From an uncultured Gammaproteobacteria bacterium (lineage in GTDB: Bacteria > Patescibacteriota > Patescibacteriia > SG8-24): DNA of 64,000 nucleotides. The first letter of the stretch is position 1. The number at the start of each line of letters is the position of its first letter. This document shows, one piece after another, positions 28,810-37,651 of the stretch. Under the pieces are notes generated by a model that worked only from the letters and a program-made list of their open reading frames with translations, did not search any database and was not told the DNA's origin. The DNA is taken from contig CAZAOV010000003.1 of NCBI GenBank assembly GCA_964486995.1, forward strand, positions 686 through 64,685, read 5' to 3'. Position numbers and translations under genes: made by a program.

Positions 28810-29253
28810 ATGGACCTGCTGGCCGATTTGTTTAGCGTACTTCATTATATTTGGAGCGCGGCGTCGGTGCTGCTGTTTGTGGGCGCAATAGTGATGGTCA
28901 TCATCCTGTTCGCCAAGCCGTCCGCGGCCATAGTGAAGAAGATTGCTGCAATAACCGTATGGTCGTTCTTCGGCTGGTGTGGCATTACGATTTTTGCGCA
29001 GATGTTGCTCGGTGGTTGCCCGCTCACCATTATCGAAAATGAATTGCGTACGGCCGAGAATCCGCTGTTCGTTCCAATGGAATCGTTCCTGGTCACTTCG
29101 TGTCACCAGCATTTCGGCTGCAATGTGGGGTCGGAGGTTATCACCCACCTTACCTTAATGCTGGCCGGTTTTTCCGTATTGCTTCTGCTGCTCATGATTA
29201 TCATGGGTAAGGTGACGCAATATGCGCTTGAAGCACGGCGAAGAACAAAATAA
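28810..29253 (+). CDS. Small membrane protein, DUF2784-like (GGCPLT motif)
   Basis: Three or four TM segments with a central LLGGCPLTIIENELR. Confidence 0.45.
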   Translation: MDLLADLFSVLHYIWSAASVLLFVGAIVMVIILFAKPSAAIVKKIAAITVWSFFGWCGITIFAQMLLGGCPLTIIENELRTAENPLFVPMESFLVTSCHQHFGCNVGSEVITHLTLMLAGFSVLLLLLMIIMGKVTQYALEARRRTK

Positions 29254-29271
29254 TTAGATAGGCAGCGTTAT

Positions 29272-29306
29272 AAAGCGGCGGCACGGTAGTCCGCCGCTCT
29301 TTTTTT
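29272..29306. terminator. Bidirectional rho-independent terminator
   Basis: aaagcggcgg-cacggtagtc-cgccgctcttt followed by TTTTTTT. Lies between convergent genes. Confidence 0.75.
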
Positions 29307-29363
29307 GAAACCAAACCAGGTTTGTGTGGATAAAAAACCACCCAAACATGGGTGGCGTATGCG

Positions 29364-30173
29364 TTACTCGCTCGAATTGCGGTTTTCGCGCTCCTTGCGA
29401 ATGAGCTCTTTAAGCTCATCAGCGTATCCGATTTCGCTGCCGTCCTTTTCGGTGTCGGCGGGGCTTCCTTCGTTGGTGTCTTCGGTTCGCCCGGACTGCT
29501 GCTTCGGCTTTTTCTCGCCAGGACGAGTTGATATTGGCGCAGGCGGAGGGGTAGGGGCGTCCGATTTCTCGGGCGGCTGTTCCGGCGCCTGCTGCGCCTT
29601 GCGCTTTTCGTCCTCTTGCAGCTTGCGCTTCAGGCGGTCGATTTCTCGGCCTTCTTCCGTGCCGTTGCCAGGAACCGGGCTCGCATCATCGTCGTTTAGT
29701 CCGGTCTCTTCCCTGAGCCAGTCGCCGGCCCTACGACCCCATCGATTGACCCATCCTGCAGCCCGCCTGCTAGCTCGCTTTGACGCTTCATAGCTCAGTC
29801 GAGCGGTTTCCGCTGCGGTTCCGGCCAGGTCAGCTTCGTCTGTTTGCTCAGCCGCGGTCTTGTTCGCCGCGGCTCGCTGAGGGTCCAATGCATCGTCCTC
29901 TACGGCTCCGGCTTTATTCTGCCTAGTTTCAGCCTTCTTCTCAGCCTCGCGAGCAGATGCCTTGGTCTTATACTCCATGAACATCTGCATGATTTTGACC
30001 GGATCCACCTTAGCGGCGATTCCACGCATTACACTATCCACGCGCTTCTTAAACTCCTCGTCCTTTTTGTACTTCTCATGAAAATACTTGAAGACGTTGT
30101 CCAAAATTTTGAGAAGCACAGGCATGATTACAATCTGAACTAGCTTCAGAAGGTAATCGATCACGAGCTTCAT
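29364..30173 (-). CDS. Hypothetical protein, highly charged and low-complexity (K/E/A/D-rich), with a hydrophobic N-terminal helix
   Basis: ORF of 269 aa. No recognised domain. Confidence 0.4.
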   Translation of the reverse strand: MKLVIDYLLKLVQIVIMPVLLKILDNVFKYFHEKYKKDEEFKKRVDSVMRGIAAKVDPVKIMQMFMEYKTKASAREAEKKAETRQNKAGAVEDDALDPQRAAANKTAAEQTDEADLAGTAAETARLSYEASKRASRRAAGWVNRWGRRAGDWLREETGLNDDDASPVPGNGTEEGREIDRLKRKLQEDEKRKAQQAPEQPPEKSDAPTPPPAPISTRPGEKKPKQQSGRTEDTNEGSPADTEKDGSEIGYADELKELIRKERENRNSSE

Positions 30174-30284
30174 GACCCCTCCTTATCCGCAGTTAAACGA
30201 ATCCGATTTATAAAGGGCTTGTTACGTTACCTATTTTGCCATACTAAGTCAAGATATGGGAAGGGTAGGCGACATTCTAGACTG

Positions 30285-31322
30285 GTTGCACCACCCTGTG
30301 GCAGTATGACCCCTTAGAACATGACACCGAACGACATGCAACACAGGGAACTTTCGCTTCCCGAGCGGCAGTTCCTGGAGGTCCGGCTGCTCGGCAAGTG
30401 GAGCCTGCGGCGGACCGCTACAGCCATGGGCCGGGATCACTCGGCCCTCTCGAGGGAGGTCAGGAACAACCGCTGCCCGGACGGCAGGTACCGCGCGGCC
30501 GAGGCACAGCGACGGTCCGAGGCCGGGAAGCGCCGCTCCGGCCGGGGGCGCAAGCTCGACCGGGACCGGGCGCTGGCGGACTGGGTGACGGACAGGCTCC
30601 GGGACGGATGGTCGCCGGAGAGGATCGCCGGGAGGCTGAAGGCCAGTCCGCCGGAGGGCCTCGAGGGCCGGACGTTGAGCCACGAGACGGTCTACCGCTG
30701 GCTGTACGACGGGGACGGGCGGTACGGCGGGCTGTACAAATACCTCTGGTCGAGACGGAAACGGCGGTACGCGAGGAGGGGCAGGAAGCCGAAAATGGCC
30801 ATGACTGAGGGAAAAGTGCCGCTCTCGGAGCGTCCCGCGGACGGCCTGCCGGGGCACCTAGAGACCGACTCGATGGTCTGGTACGGGTCGAGGGGGCTGC
30901 TCTCGGCCCAGGTCGACCGGGCCACGCTCGCCTGCCGGCTGCGGTGGTGCCCGGACCGGACGGCGGAGGAGACGGCGCACGCGCTGCGGCGCGCGGTCGA
31001 GACCCTGCCGCACCGGTTCGTGCGGGACGTGGCCTTCGACAACGGCTCCGAGTCCGCCCGTCACGGAATCCTCGGCGAGGAGTACGGCATACCGACCTAC
31101 TTCTGCGAGCCGTACTCGCCCTGGCAGAAGTCGCAGGTCGAGAACCTGAACCGCACGATTCGGCACTGGGTGCCGAGGAAAACGAAAGCCCACGACCTTG
31201 CGGCCGTGGACTGGAAGACGCTCGAGGACTGGCTGAACAACCTCCCTCGAAAGTCACTGGGATACCTTACGCCGAACGAGGCGATTAATCAATACCTGTC
31301 AGGTGGTGCAACTGAAACTTGA
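30285..31322 (+). mobile_element. IS30-family insertion sequence (about 1.03 kb) with imperfect terminal inverted repeats. GC about 70% versus about 50% in the flanks.
   Basis: IRL GTTGCACCACCCTGTGGCAGTA (30285-30306). IRR TACCTGTCAGGTGGTGCAAC (31293-31312), whose reverse complement is GTTGCACCACCTGACAGGTA. Encloses one transposase ORF. Confidence 0.8.
30321..31322 (+). CDS. IS30-family DDE transposase
   Basis: N-terminal HTH (WSLRRTATAMGRDHSALSREV). DDE triad context: HLETDSMVW, AFDNGSE, PYSPWQKSQVENLNRTIR. The stop codon lies just past the IRR. Confidence 0.9.
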   Translation: MTPNDMQHRELSLPERQFLEVRLLGKWSLRRTATAMGRDHSALSREVRNNRCPDGRYRAAEAQRRSEAGKRRSGRGRKLDRDRALADWVTDRLRDGWSPERIAGRLKASPPEGLEGRTLSHETVYRWLYDGDGRYGGLYKYLWSRRKRRYARRGRKPKMAMTEGKVPLSERPADGLPGHLETDSMVWYGSRGLLSAQVDRATLACRLRWCPDRTAEETAHALRRAVETLPHRFVRDVAFDNGSESARHGILGEEYGIPTYFCEPYSPWQKSQVENLNRTIRHWVPRKTKAHDLAAVDWKTLEDWLNNLPRKSLGYLTPNEAINQYLSGGATET

Positions 31323-31440
31323 ACTTCCGTAGATAATATATTATTTCGCAGTAAGATTGTTGACATTTTTTGCTGGTCATGATACAATCGCGTGCTCTAG
31401 AGGCGGCATGGTGTCGCATCGGAAGCAGGGAGGATGTGAT

Positions 31441-32349
31441 ATGAAGCTTAGGTCTTTCGCTATGTCTATCGTGGTGGCAGTCATCGCGTTCAGCAGCTTT
31501 GGCTGCGGTTCGCAGGATATTCCACCGGCCATGCGCGGGCAGATGTACGACGCTACGGGCGCGGCTGCGCTCTGGATGTCCGGTGGTCAGGGTCTGACCG
31601 GTCCCGTTCTGGGTCCTGGGACCTATTACACCGGTCTTTATGACAGCATCCGCATGGTAGACTGTTCAGAGTCCGTAGAGCACGAGGGTCTCTCCAGTCT
31701 CACCCGCGACGGTATCCAGTTTGGCCTGGAGGCAGAGATTACCTATTCCATCGACTGTTCGGATGATGTGGTTGGCAAGGTGCTGACTACGCTGCGGCCG
31801 AACGAGCAGGGGGTGATTTCCAGCAAGTCAGCCTACTTGCGTTACGTGCGGCCGTCCATTCGTGAGGTGGTTCGTGAGGCTATTGCGCCGCATATGGCCA
31901 ACGAGGTCAACTCCGAGCGTGACGCCATCATCAACGAGATTCAGAGCAGCTTCATCAAGTCCATGCAGGACGGCAACCGGCGCTTCGTTAAGGTGTCGAC
32001 GCTGGCGCTGACCAACATGGATTTCCCGGAGAAGCTCGACCAGGCGAACGTGGACCGAGCTCAGCAGGACATTTTGCGCGAAAAAGCCATTGCCGAGCGC
32101 GAGCGGGTTGAGGCCGAGACCGAGACCGCGCGCATGCGCAAGCAGCTGCGCACTCGTGAAGGTGAAGCCGAGGCCGCTCGTATCGATATCATCGGGAAGG
32201 CGCTTCAGCGTTACCCTGAATATCTGCGTTACGACATGCAGCAGCGGATGAGTGGTATTTATCGTGAGGCCGGCCAACAGGGCAACATGGTCATTACGGC
32301 ACCTGATCCCAATATTATGATTCAGCCGCCAACCAAGTCGGGGCAGTAG
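31441..32349 (+). CDS. SPFH/band-7 (stomatin/prohibitin-like) domain protein with signal peptide/TM and a C-terminal coiled coil
   Basis: LTRDGIQFGLEAEITYSI SPFH core. Coiled coil AQQDILREKAIAERERVEAETETARMRKQ. The track ORF starts at 31357; MKLRSFAMSIVVA at 31441 is the more likely start. GC about 60%. Confidence 0.65.
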   Translation: MKLRSFAMSIVVAVIAFSSFGCGSQDIPPAMRGQMYDATGAAALWMSGGQGLTGPVLGPGTYYTGLYDSIRMVDCSESVEHEGLSSLTRDGIQFGLEAEITYSIDCSDDVVGKVLTTLRPNEQGVISSKSAYLRYVRPSIREVVREAIAPHMANEVNSERDAIINEIQSSFIKSMQDGNRRFVKVSTLALTNMDFPEKLDQANVDRAQQDILREKAIAERERVEAETETARMRKQLRTREGEAEAARIDIIGKALQRYPEYLRYDMQQRMSGIYREAGQQGNMVITAPDPNIMIQPPTKSGQ

Positions 32350-32350
32350 C

Positions 32351-32605
32351 ATGTTGGTGGTGCTGTATATCGTGGTGGCCGGGGGTGTCATCTATGGTCT
32401 TACCCGGATTGGGCTCAGGCTGCTCGACAACCACAAGGAGCTGAAGATGCTTCGCGAGGAGCGCGCCGCACGTCTCGAAACGGCCAAAACCGCTGAGCAC
32501 GTGGTGCATGAGCTGTTGCTCGATAAGGAGATGGCCTGCGAGGTGCAGGAACGTCTCGAGGAGGGGCTTCGGCGAGAGCATCTTTCGTCGAAAGCGGACG
32601 ACTAA
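32351..32605 (+). CDS. Small membrane protein cotranscribed with the SPFH gene (possible NfeD-like partner)
   Basis: Start codon 1 nt after the SPFH stop. One TM helix, then charged helices. Terminator cggtcgcat-t-atgcggccg+TTTTTT at 32608-32640. Confidence 0.45.
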   Translation: MLVVLYIVVAGGVIYGLTRIGLRLLDNHKELKMLREERAARLETAKTAEHVVHELLLDKEMACEVQERLEEGLRREHLSSKADD

Positions 32606-32688
32606 TCTTATGGCGGTCGCATTATGCGGCCGTTTTTTGTTACCAATAATTTCTGTATTATTAATTCATTATTTCTAAATAACTTTCC

Positions 32689-33288
32689 ATGCGCATAACA
32701 TCTCGCATCCAACAGGCGATTGATAAGGCGGCTCAGCTGCACGATGGCCAGCGACGCAAGGCCGATGATTTGCCGTATATTGTTCATCCGATGACCGTAG
32801 CGGCGACGCTGTTGCCGTTTACCGACGACGAGGACGTGATAATTGCGGCGTTATTTCATGATGTGTTGGAGGATGTGGTTGGATATTCGGCGGATGATAT
32901 GCGGCGCGAATGGGGTGAGCGGATTACTGGCATTGTGCAGGCAGTAACCGAGACTGGGAGTCGGCCAGGGATGTCCGATGAAGAGGAGCGGGCGAGCTGG
33001 CGCGCTCGTAAGGACGCGTATTTGGTGGCGATTCAACGGGACAGCACGGATGCGCTGATGATTTGCGCGGCCGATAAGTTGCATAATCTGCGCGCTACGA
33101 TGATTGCCATCGCGCGCGACGGGCATGATGTGGTTGAGTCGAGGTTTAACTCCACGTTTAAACAGCAGTTGTGGTTTTACGGCGAGGTGCTGAAGATTTT
33201 GCAGGAGCGGCTGCCCGGACCGCTTAGCGAGGATGTGGCCGCAGAATACGAACGATCTAAGGTGATGATGAGCCGCTCGGAGCTTTGA
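32689..33288 (+). CDS. HD-domain (p)ppGpp-hydrolase-like protein (small alarmone hydrolase / Mesh1-like)
   Basis: LHDGQRRKADDLPYIVHPMTVAATLL and AALFHDVLEDV match the Rel/SpoT hydrolase HD motif (HxxQxRK...PY..HP..VA). 199 aa with no synthetase domain. Confidence 0.65.
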   Translation: MRITSRIQQAIDKAAQLHDGQRRKADDLPYIVHPMTVAATLLPFTDDEDVIIAALFHDVLEDVVGYSADDMRREWGERITGIVQAVTETGSRPGMSDEEERASWRARKDAYLVAIQRDSTDALMICAADKLHNLRATMIAIARDGHDVVESRFNSTFKQQLWFYGEVLKILQERLPGPLSEDVAAEYERSKVMMSRSEL

Positions 33289-33357
33289 CTCGCGATATAA
33301 TATATGGTAGATTAACGCGCTGACTTTGGTCGGCGTGTTTTCAAAAATGGAGACGAC

Positions 33358-33741
33358 ATGAGTGATGTCTGTGAGGTCGACGCACAGCACTGCTGTGAAG
33401 ATGAGTACTATGAGGAATTTTTCGATGAGGAAGATGTTGCGTTTCCGTTCGAGCCGTGGCCACTGATGCCGTATCCGCCGATGTTGTACACGCGTTGGCG
33501 ATTGCCCAAGCATCTCGAGGAGGGGCATAGGACGGGGGATCCAACCATGAAGCAGGCCACCTGGCTGTTTCGGACTAAGCGCCCGCGACTTCATGTGAGC
33601 TCTTTGCCGGCGGTGTGTCGCGTTGCGCGGAACATGGCTAGGCGGTTAGCGGCCAGACAGAACGTGCTGTTCGCGCGTCGCCCGTTTCGGGATAGGCATA
33701 TCGTCGTTCCGAGTCGTCGGTGTGTTAAAATAAATCTATGA
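33358..33741 (+). CDS. Hypothetical protein (acidic N-terminus, basic C-terminus)
   Basis: GGAGA RBS 5 nt upstream. No domain recognised. An overlapping minus-strand ORF is less convincing. Confidence 0.3.
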   Translation: MSDVCEVDAQHCCEDEYYEEFFDEEDVAFPFEPWPLMPYPPMLYTRWRLPKHLEEGHRTGDPTMKQATWLFRTKRPRLHVSSLPAVCRVARNMARRLAARQNVLFARRPFRDRHIVVPSRRCVKINL

Positions 33742-33843
33742 ATCGAAGCCGTCTGTAAGGGGCGGTTTTTTGTTTTCGTATGGTTGTCCAGCTTTGGTTG
33801 GGTGCTATAGTATTTACGTTTCTATCAATGTACCCACAAACTT

Positions 33844-34041
33844 ATGCGCGACGGAACAAACCGAGCGGACATCTACCCCGGTCTGGCGGTAGCGATTACG
33901 CTTAAAAAAGACCAAGGCACCAACAAGCTAACGCAGGGTTTTGTTAAGGATATCCTCACCAACAAACCGTTTCACCCGCGTGGCATAAAAGTGCGGCTCG
34001 ACACCGGCGAGGTTGGTCGGGTGCAGGTGATTGTTGATTAG
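33844..34041 (+). CDS. YwbE-family small protein (DUF2196)
   Basis: 65 aa with GIKVRLDTGEVGRVQVIV, characteristic of the YwbE family. Confidence 0.55.
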   Translation: MRDGTNRADIYPGLAVAITLKKDQGTNKLTQGFVKDILTNKPFHPRGIKVRLDTGEVGRVQVIVD

Positions 34042-34163
34042 TTGCGTACGAAAAATCGTCAGATAGTCTAATAAAGCACATATCCACATATCGAACCTGT
34101 TTTCGCTTGTGGATATGTGTTTATATTTTGTCATAGCTCATTAAAAAAATAGAGGAGGTTAAA

Positions 34164-35426
34164 ATGACGACTGGCGCTCCGATTGCTGGGGGCAAGACCA
34201 AGATTATTTACGCCGATCCGCTTAATCCGCACCTAGTGACGATTCAATCCAAGGATGATCTTACCGCTGGTGACGGTGCCAAGCACGATGTGATGGCCGG
34301 CAAGGCCGTGATGGCCAATCAGACCACGTGCAATAACTTTCGGTTCTTGAGCAAATGCGGCGTAGAGTCCGCGTTTCTGCAGCAGCTCGGCGACACCGCG
34401 TTTCAGGCCGTTAAATGCGACATGATTCCGCTCGAGGTGGTAACGCGGCGCGAGGCTCACGGGTCGTTTTTGAAGCGCGAACCGCAGTTGCACAAGGGTC
34501 ATCTGTTTCCACGATTGCGCGTTGAGTTTTATCTGAAGACCGCAGGTGGGATGTGGCGAGCACAGCCGCTTCAGAAAGATGATCCGTATATGCTGCTGAG
34601 CGAAGATGGCTTGGCTCATTTGTATCGACCGGATCAGCCGTTCGTTGGTGCGCAGTCGTTTTTGACCATCAGCGACGCGCCGCTCGACGCCGACCCGGCG
34701 AAGTACGCCGAGCTTGATGGTGTTGCACGCCATGTTTTTCTCGCACTCGAGAAAGCCTGGCAGTTGCAGGGGCGGCGGCTGGTGGACATGAAAATCGAAT
34801 TCGGTATCGGGCCGTCCGGAAAAATTATGCTCGCCGACGTTATCGACAATGACTCGTGGCGGGTGCTCGAGGAGGGTCAGTACATCGACAAGCAGGTGTA
34901 TCGCGACGGCGGTGCGCTAGAGGCGGTGTCCTCGCGCCACAAAAAGGTGATGCAGCTTACCGGACAGTTTCAGTGCCCGCCGCAGCAGATAATTATCTGG
35001 CGCGGTTCCGAATCCGACAACGTGGATTTGTATCCAGAGACTTTTTACTCCATCGTCAACGACTGGTCGTGCCGATTGGAGTTTGTTGCCTGCTCGATGC
35101 ACAAGAATCCAGAACGCGGACTGGAACAACTGCGCAACATGCTGCAGGAACGACCAGACTCAGTGGTGATCGCGCACATTGGACGAAGTAACGGCGCCGG
35201 TCCGACCATCGCCGCGCATACCAATGTGCCGGTAATCACCGTACCTGCATCGTATCGCGAGTTTCCGAACGACGTTTGGTCGTCCCTGCGCACGCCGAGC
35301 GATGTGCCGGTCATGACCGTGCTCGAACCGAAAAACGCCACGTTCGCCGCGATTCGTATTCTCGGTCAGCGTAACCCTGCTCTGTATGCGCCCATACGCC
35401 TGCGGACCGAAGATCATTGGGCCTAG
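34164..35426 (+). CDS. Bifunctional PAICS-like fusion: SAICAR synthetase (PurC) N-terminal domain + class II AIR carboxylase (PurE) C-terminal domain
   Basis: PurC domain: GKTKIIYADP..LTAGDGAK, IPLEVVTRREAHGSFLKR, LVDMKIEFG. PurE domain: IIIWRGSESD, SMHK (class II SAHK-type rather than class I SAHR), GRSNGAGP, DVWSSLRTPS (close to the human PAICS C-terminal domain). Confidence 0.8.
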   Translation: MTTGAPIAGGKTKIIYADPLNPHLVTIQSKDDLTAGDGAKHDVMAGKAVMANQTTCNNFRFLSKCGVESAFLQQLGDTAFQAVKCDMIPLEVVTRREAHGSFLKREPQLHKGHLFPRLRVEFYLKTAGGMWRAQPLQKDDPYMLLSEDGLAHLYRPDQPFVGAQSFLTISDAPLDADPAKYAELDGVARHVFLALEKAWQLQGRRLVDMKIEFGIGPSGKIMLADVIDNDSWRVLEEGQYIDKQVYRDGGALEAVSSRHKKVMQLTGQFQCPPQQIIIWRGSESDNVDLYPETFYSIVNDWSCRLEFVACSMHKNPERGLEQLRNMLQERPDSVVIAHIGRSNGAGPTIAAHTNVPVITVPASYREFPNDVWSSLRTPSDVPVMTVLEPKNATFAAIRILGQRNPALYAPIRLRTEDHWA

Positions 35427-35493
35427 CAATAATTTTATGACCGTACGATATGTGCGGTTTTTTGTTTGCTAAACCGGACCGCTCGTAATAGAA

Positions 35494-37227
35494 TTGGCTC
35501 ATCAAATATTAATTATCAAACATATGCCTGGTAGCAAAAATGCCGCACTGACCATGATTCTAATTGCGGCGATAATCGCACTGATTGGATATTTTTTGTT
35601 TAGGGATGATTTCTCGCCGCCGGAGCCCGCTCCATCAGAAGCCGAAGCCGAGGAACAAGTCACCACCTTGGGCGGGCAAATTATTTACGTCGAAGGTGCA
35701 GTCGAATGGCGTCGGGCTGGTGGCGAATGGTTGCGTGCCGGCACCGGCATCAATCTGAGTGAGGGCGATTCGGTGGAAACGCTCATCGGCGGGAGGGTGA
35801 TTGTAAGTTTGGACGACGGTAGTATGTTGCGGTTGGATTCTGAATCCAGGCTCACGTTATCATCAATGGATCCGGAACATATGATTGTTTCCAACAACAG
35901 CGGTTCGGTTTACTCACGCGTCGTGCAGTCCGAACGCGTGTTCGAGGTGCAGGCTGACGACATCATTTACGAATCACTGGGTACGGCCTACCTGACGCAC
36001 AATAAAGAAAAACTCAAAGGTGTAGAGGTGTACCACAGCAAGGTGAAAGTCAAAGACGCCGAAAACAACGAAATTATCGTAGACGAAGGCAAGATGTATT
36101 TCACATTGCATACGGATGAACCGGATTCGGCCGGTAAGGTGTTTGACATCGATAAGGAGCAGGCGCAGAAAGACGATTTCATTAAATGGAACAAGGATGA
36201 GGATTACATCAAGTTTAAAGATCATCTCGGCTATCTGGCTGATAGCGACGAGTCGCTAGTGGAAAGCATCGCGCTCGAAAATAGTGGTGGCAGTCAGGTG
36301 AGTTGGCGGGCATCGAGCGAATCCGTGTCCGGCTACAAGCTGGTCTGGTCCAAGACTTCCGGCCCGACCTATCCGATCCGCGATACCGATCAATACATAT
36401 ATTATGATGACCCGACCGTGAGCAGTGGCGAGGTTTATCCGTTCGACGGGGCCGGCACTTATTACGTACGTGTCTGCGAATATCTTAACGGTCCGTGCGG
36501 GGAGTATTCGAATGAGGTGACGGTAGAATTGGAGACCGAAGAGACAGATTTTAGTTCGGCTAAAGCTGTACCAGAAGACGAGAAATATGAAGTGTCGAAC
36601 GAGAAAAAAAACGAGCCGAAATCCGGCGGTGTAACCTCCATCAGCGCAACCGCAAATGATTCTGGTGCGGTAAGCTGGATTGTTGACGGTTATTCGGCGC
36701 AGGGCTACAAAGTGGTCTGGTCTAAAAATCCAGGTCCAGCCTACCCGACCCGCAGCGGCGACCGCTATGAGTATTATTCAGATTCCTCGCGTCGTTCCGG
36801 TTCGGTGTGGGCTTTTTCCGGTGACGGTACCTACTACGTTCGCGTTTGCGAATATCTCGGCGGCCGATGCGGCGTGTATTCGAATCAGGTGACGGTTGAT
36901 TTAGCTGGAAAAACCAAAGACGTTTCAGACAGTGGTGACGTTGACGGACAAGTGCTCGGGCTAACAATAACCTCAGGAAGCGGCGGTAATGTCAGATGGG
37001 CAGTGAACGGCTATTCAGAAATGGGATTTAAGGTAGTTTGGTCCAAGAACCCCAGCCCCACCTACCCGACCCGCAGCGGCGACCGGTATCTGTATTACGA
37101 CGATCCGTTTCGTGTCGCGGCGCTCGTCGAGGCTTTCGACGGTCCAGGCACTTACTATGTGCGAGTTTGTGAATACCTTGGTGGAAAATGCGGCGTGTAC
37201 TCGAATGAGATTTCAATAGAGATGTAA
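35494..37227 (+). CDS. Membrane-anchored FecR-domain protein with three C-terminal tandem repeats of about 110 aa, each with a conserved Cys pair
   Basis: FecR-like: GGQIIYVEGAVEWRRAGGEWLRAGTGINLSEGDSVETLIGGRVIVSLDDGSMLRL. Repeat unit GYKVVWSKNPGP.YPTRSGDRY.YY...GTYYVRVCEYLGG.CGVYSN occurs three times. Confidence 0.6.
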   Translation: MAHQILIIKHMPGSKNAALTMILIAAIIALIGYFLFRDDFSPPEPAPSEAEAEEQVTTLGGQIIYVEGAVEWRRAGGEWLRAGTGINLSEGDSVETLIGGRVIVSLDDGSMLRLDSESRLTLSSMDPEHMIVSNNSGSVYSRVVQSERVFEVQADDIIYESLGTAYLTHNKEKLKGVEVYHSKVKVKDAENNEIIVDEGKMYFTLHTDEPDSAGKVFDIDKEQAQKDDFIKWNKDEDYIKFKDHLGYLADSDESLVESIALENSGGSQVSWRASSESVSGYKLVWSKTSGPTYPIRDTDQYIYYDDPTVSSGEVYPFDGAGTYYVRVCEYLNGPCGEYSNEVTVELETEETDFSSAKAVPEDEKYEVSNEKKNEPKSGGVTSISATANDSGAVSWIVDGYSAQGYKVVWSKNPGPAYPTRSGDRYEYYSDSSRRSGSVWAFSGDGTYYVRVCEYLGGRCGVYSNQVTVDLAGKTKDVSDSGDVDGQVLGLTITSGSGGNVRWAVNGYSEMGFKVVWSKNPSPTYPTRSGDRYLYYDDPFRVAALVEAFDGPGTYYVRVCEYLGGKCGVYSNEISIEM

Positions 37228-37651
37228 GAGCATAGAAAAAGTTCGAGCGTTCAATGCAGAGTTCTAGAATTAGAATCCGAAAGGCCTAGTAAAGTCGCAA
37301 GCTCCCCAAATCCTCAATCAGCCGCAAAAAGCCAAAAGTGCGGGCCGTAGCTAACACCTGCACCCAAGACCTTCTCGTATGGACAGCCTATACTTGGAGA
37401 TTTGGGTGCAGGATTTAATTATGAGCTCCAGGTGAGGGGATTGAGGTGAGGGCGTCTCGGATTCGAGCGCGTGCAAAGTACAGGCATTCCGTACTCGGAG
37501 GGTTGTGGCACGGGCCTTAGCTGCCATGTTTCGGGTTCTGGTTTATGGTTTGGGGGCGCGTAAGATACAGTTCTGTCGCACGAATGCATTTAAAGCCGAG
37601 CTTGACCAAACCCATACAAACCGTCTTTAATGATACGAGCTTGAGCTGCCT

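Noticed and set aside
30249-31257. Long minus-strand and alternative-frame ORFs (202, 265, 136, 116, 111 aa) inside the IS30 element
   Set aside because: At about 70% GC, stop codons are rare in every frame. These ORFs are low-complexity (Arg/Pro/Ala/Gly-rich) antisense artefacts of the transposase gene.
32851-33594. 247-aa minus-strand ORF overlapping the HD-domain gene
   Set aside because: It is antisense to a gene with clear catalytic motifs. Its composition is His/Arg/Leu-rich with no motif. Spurious.
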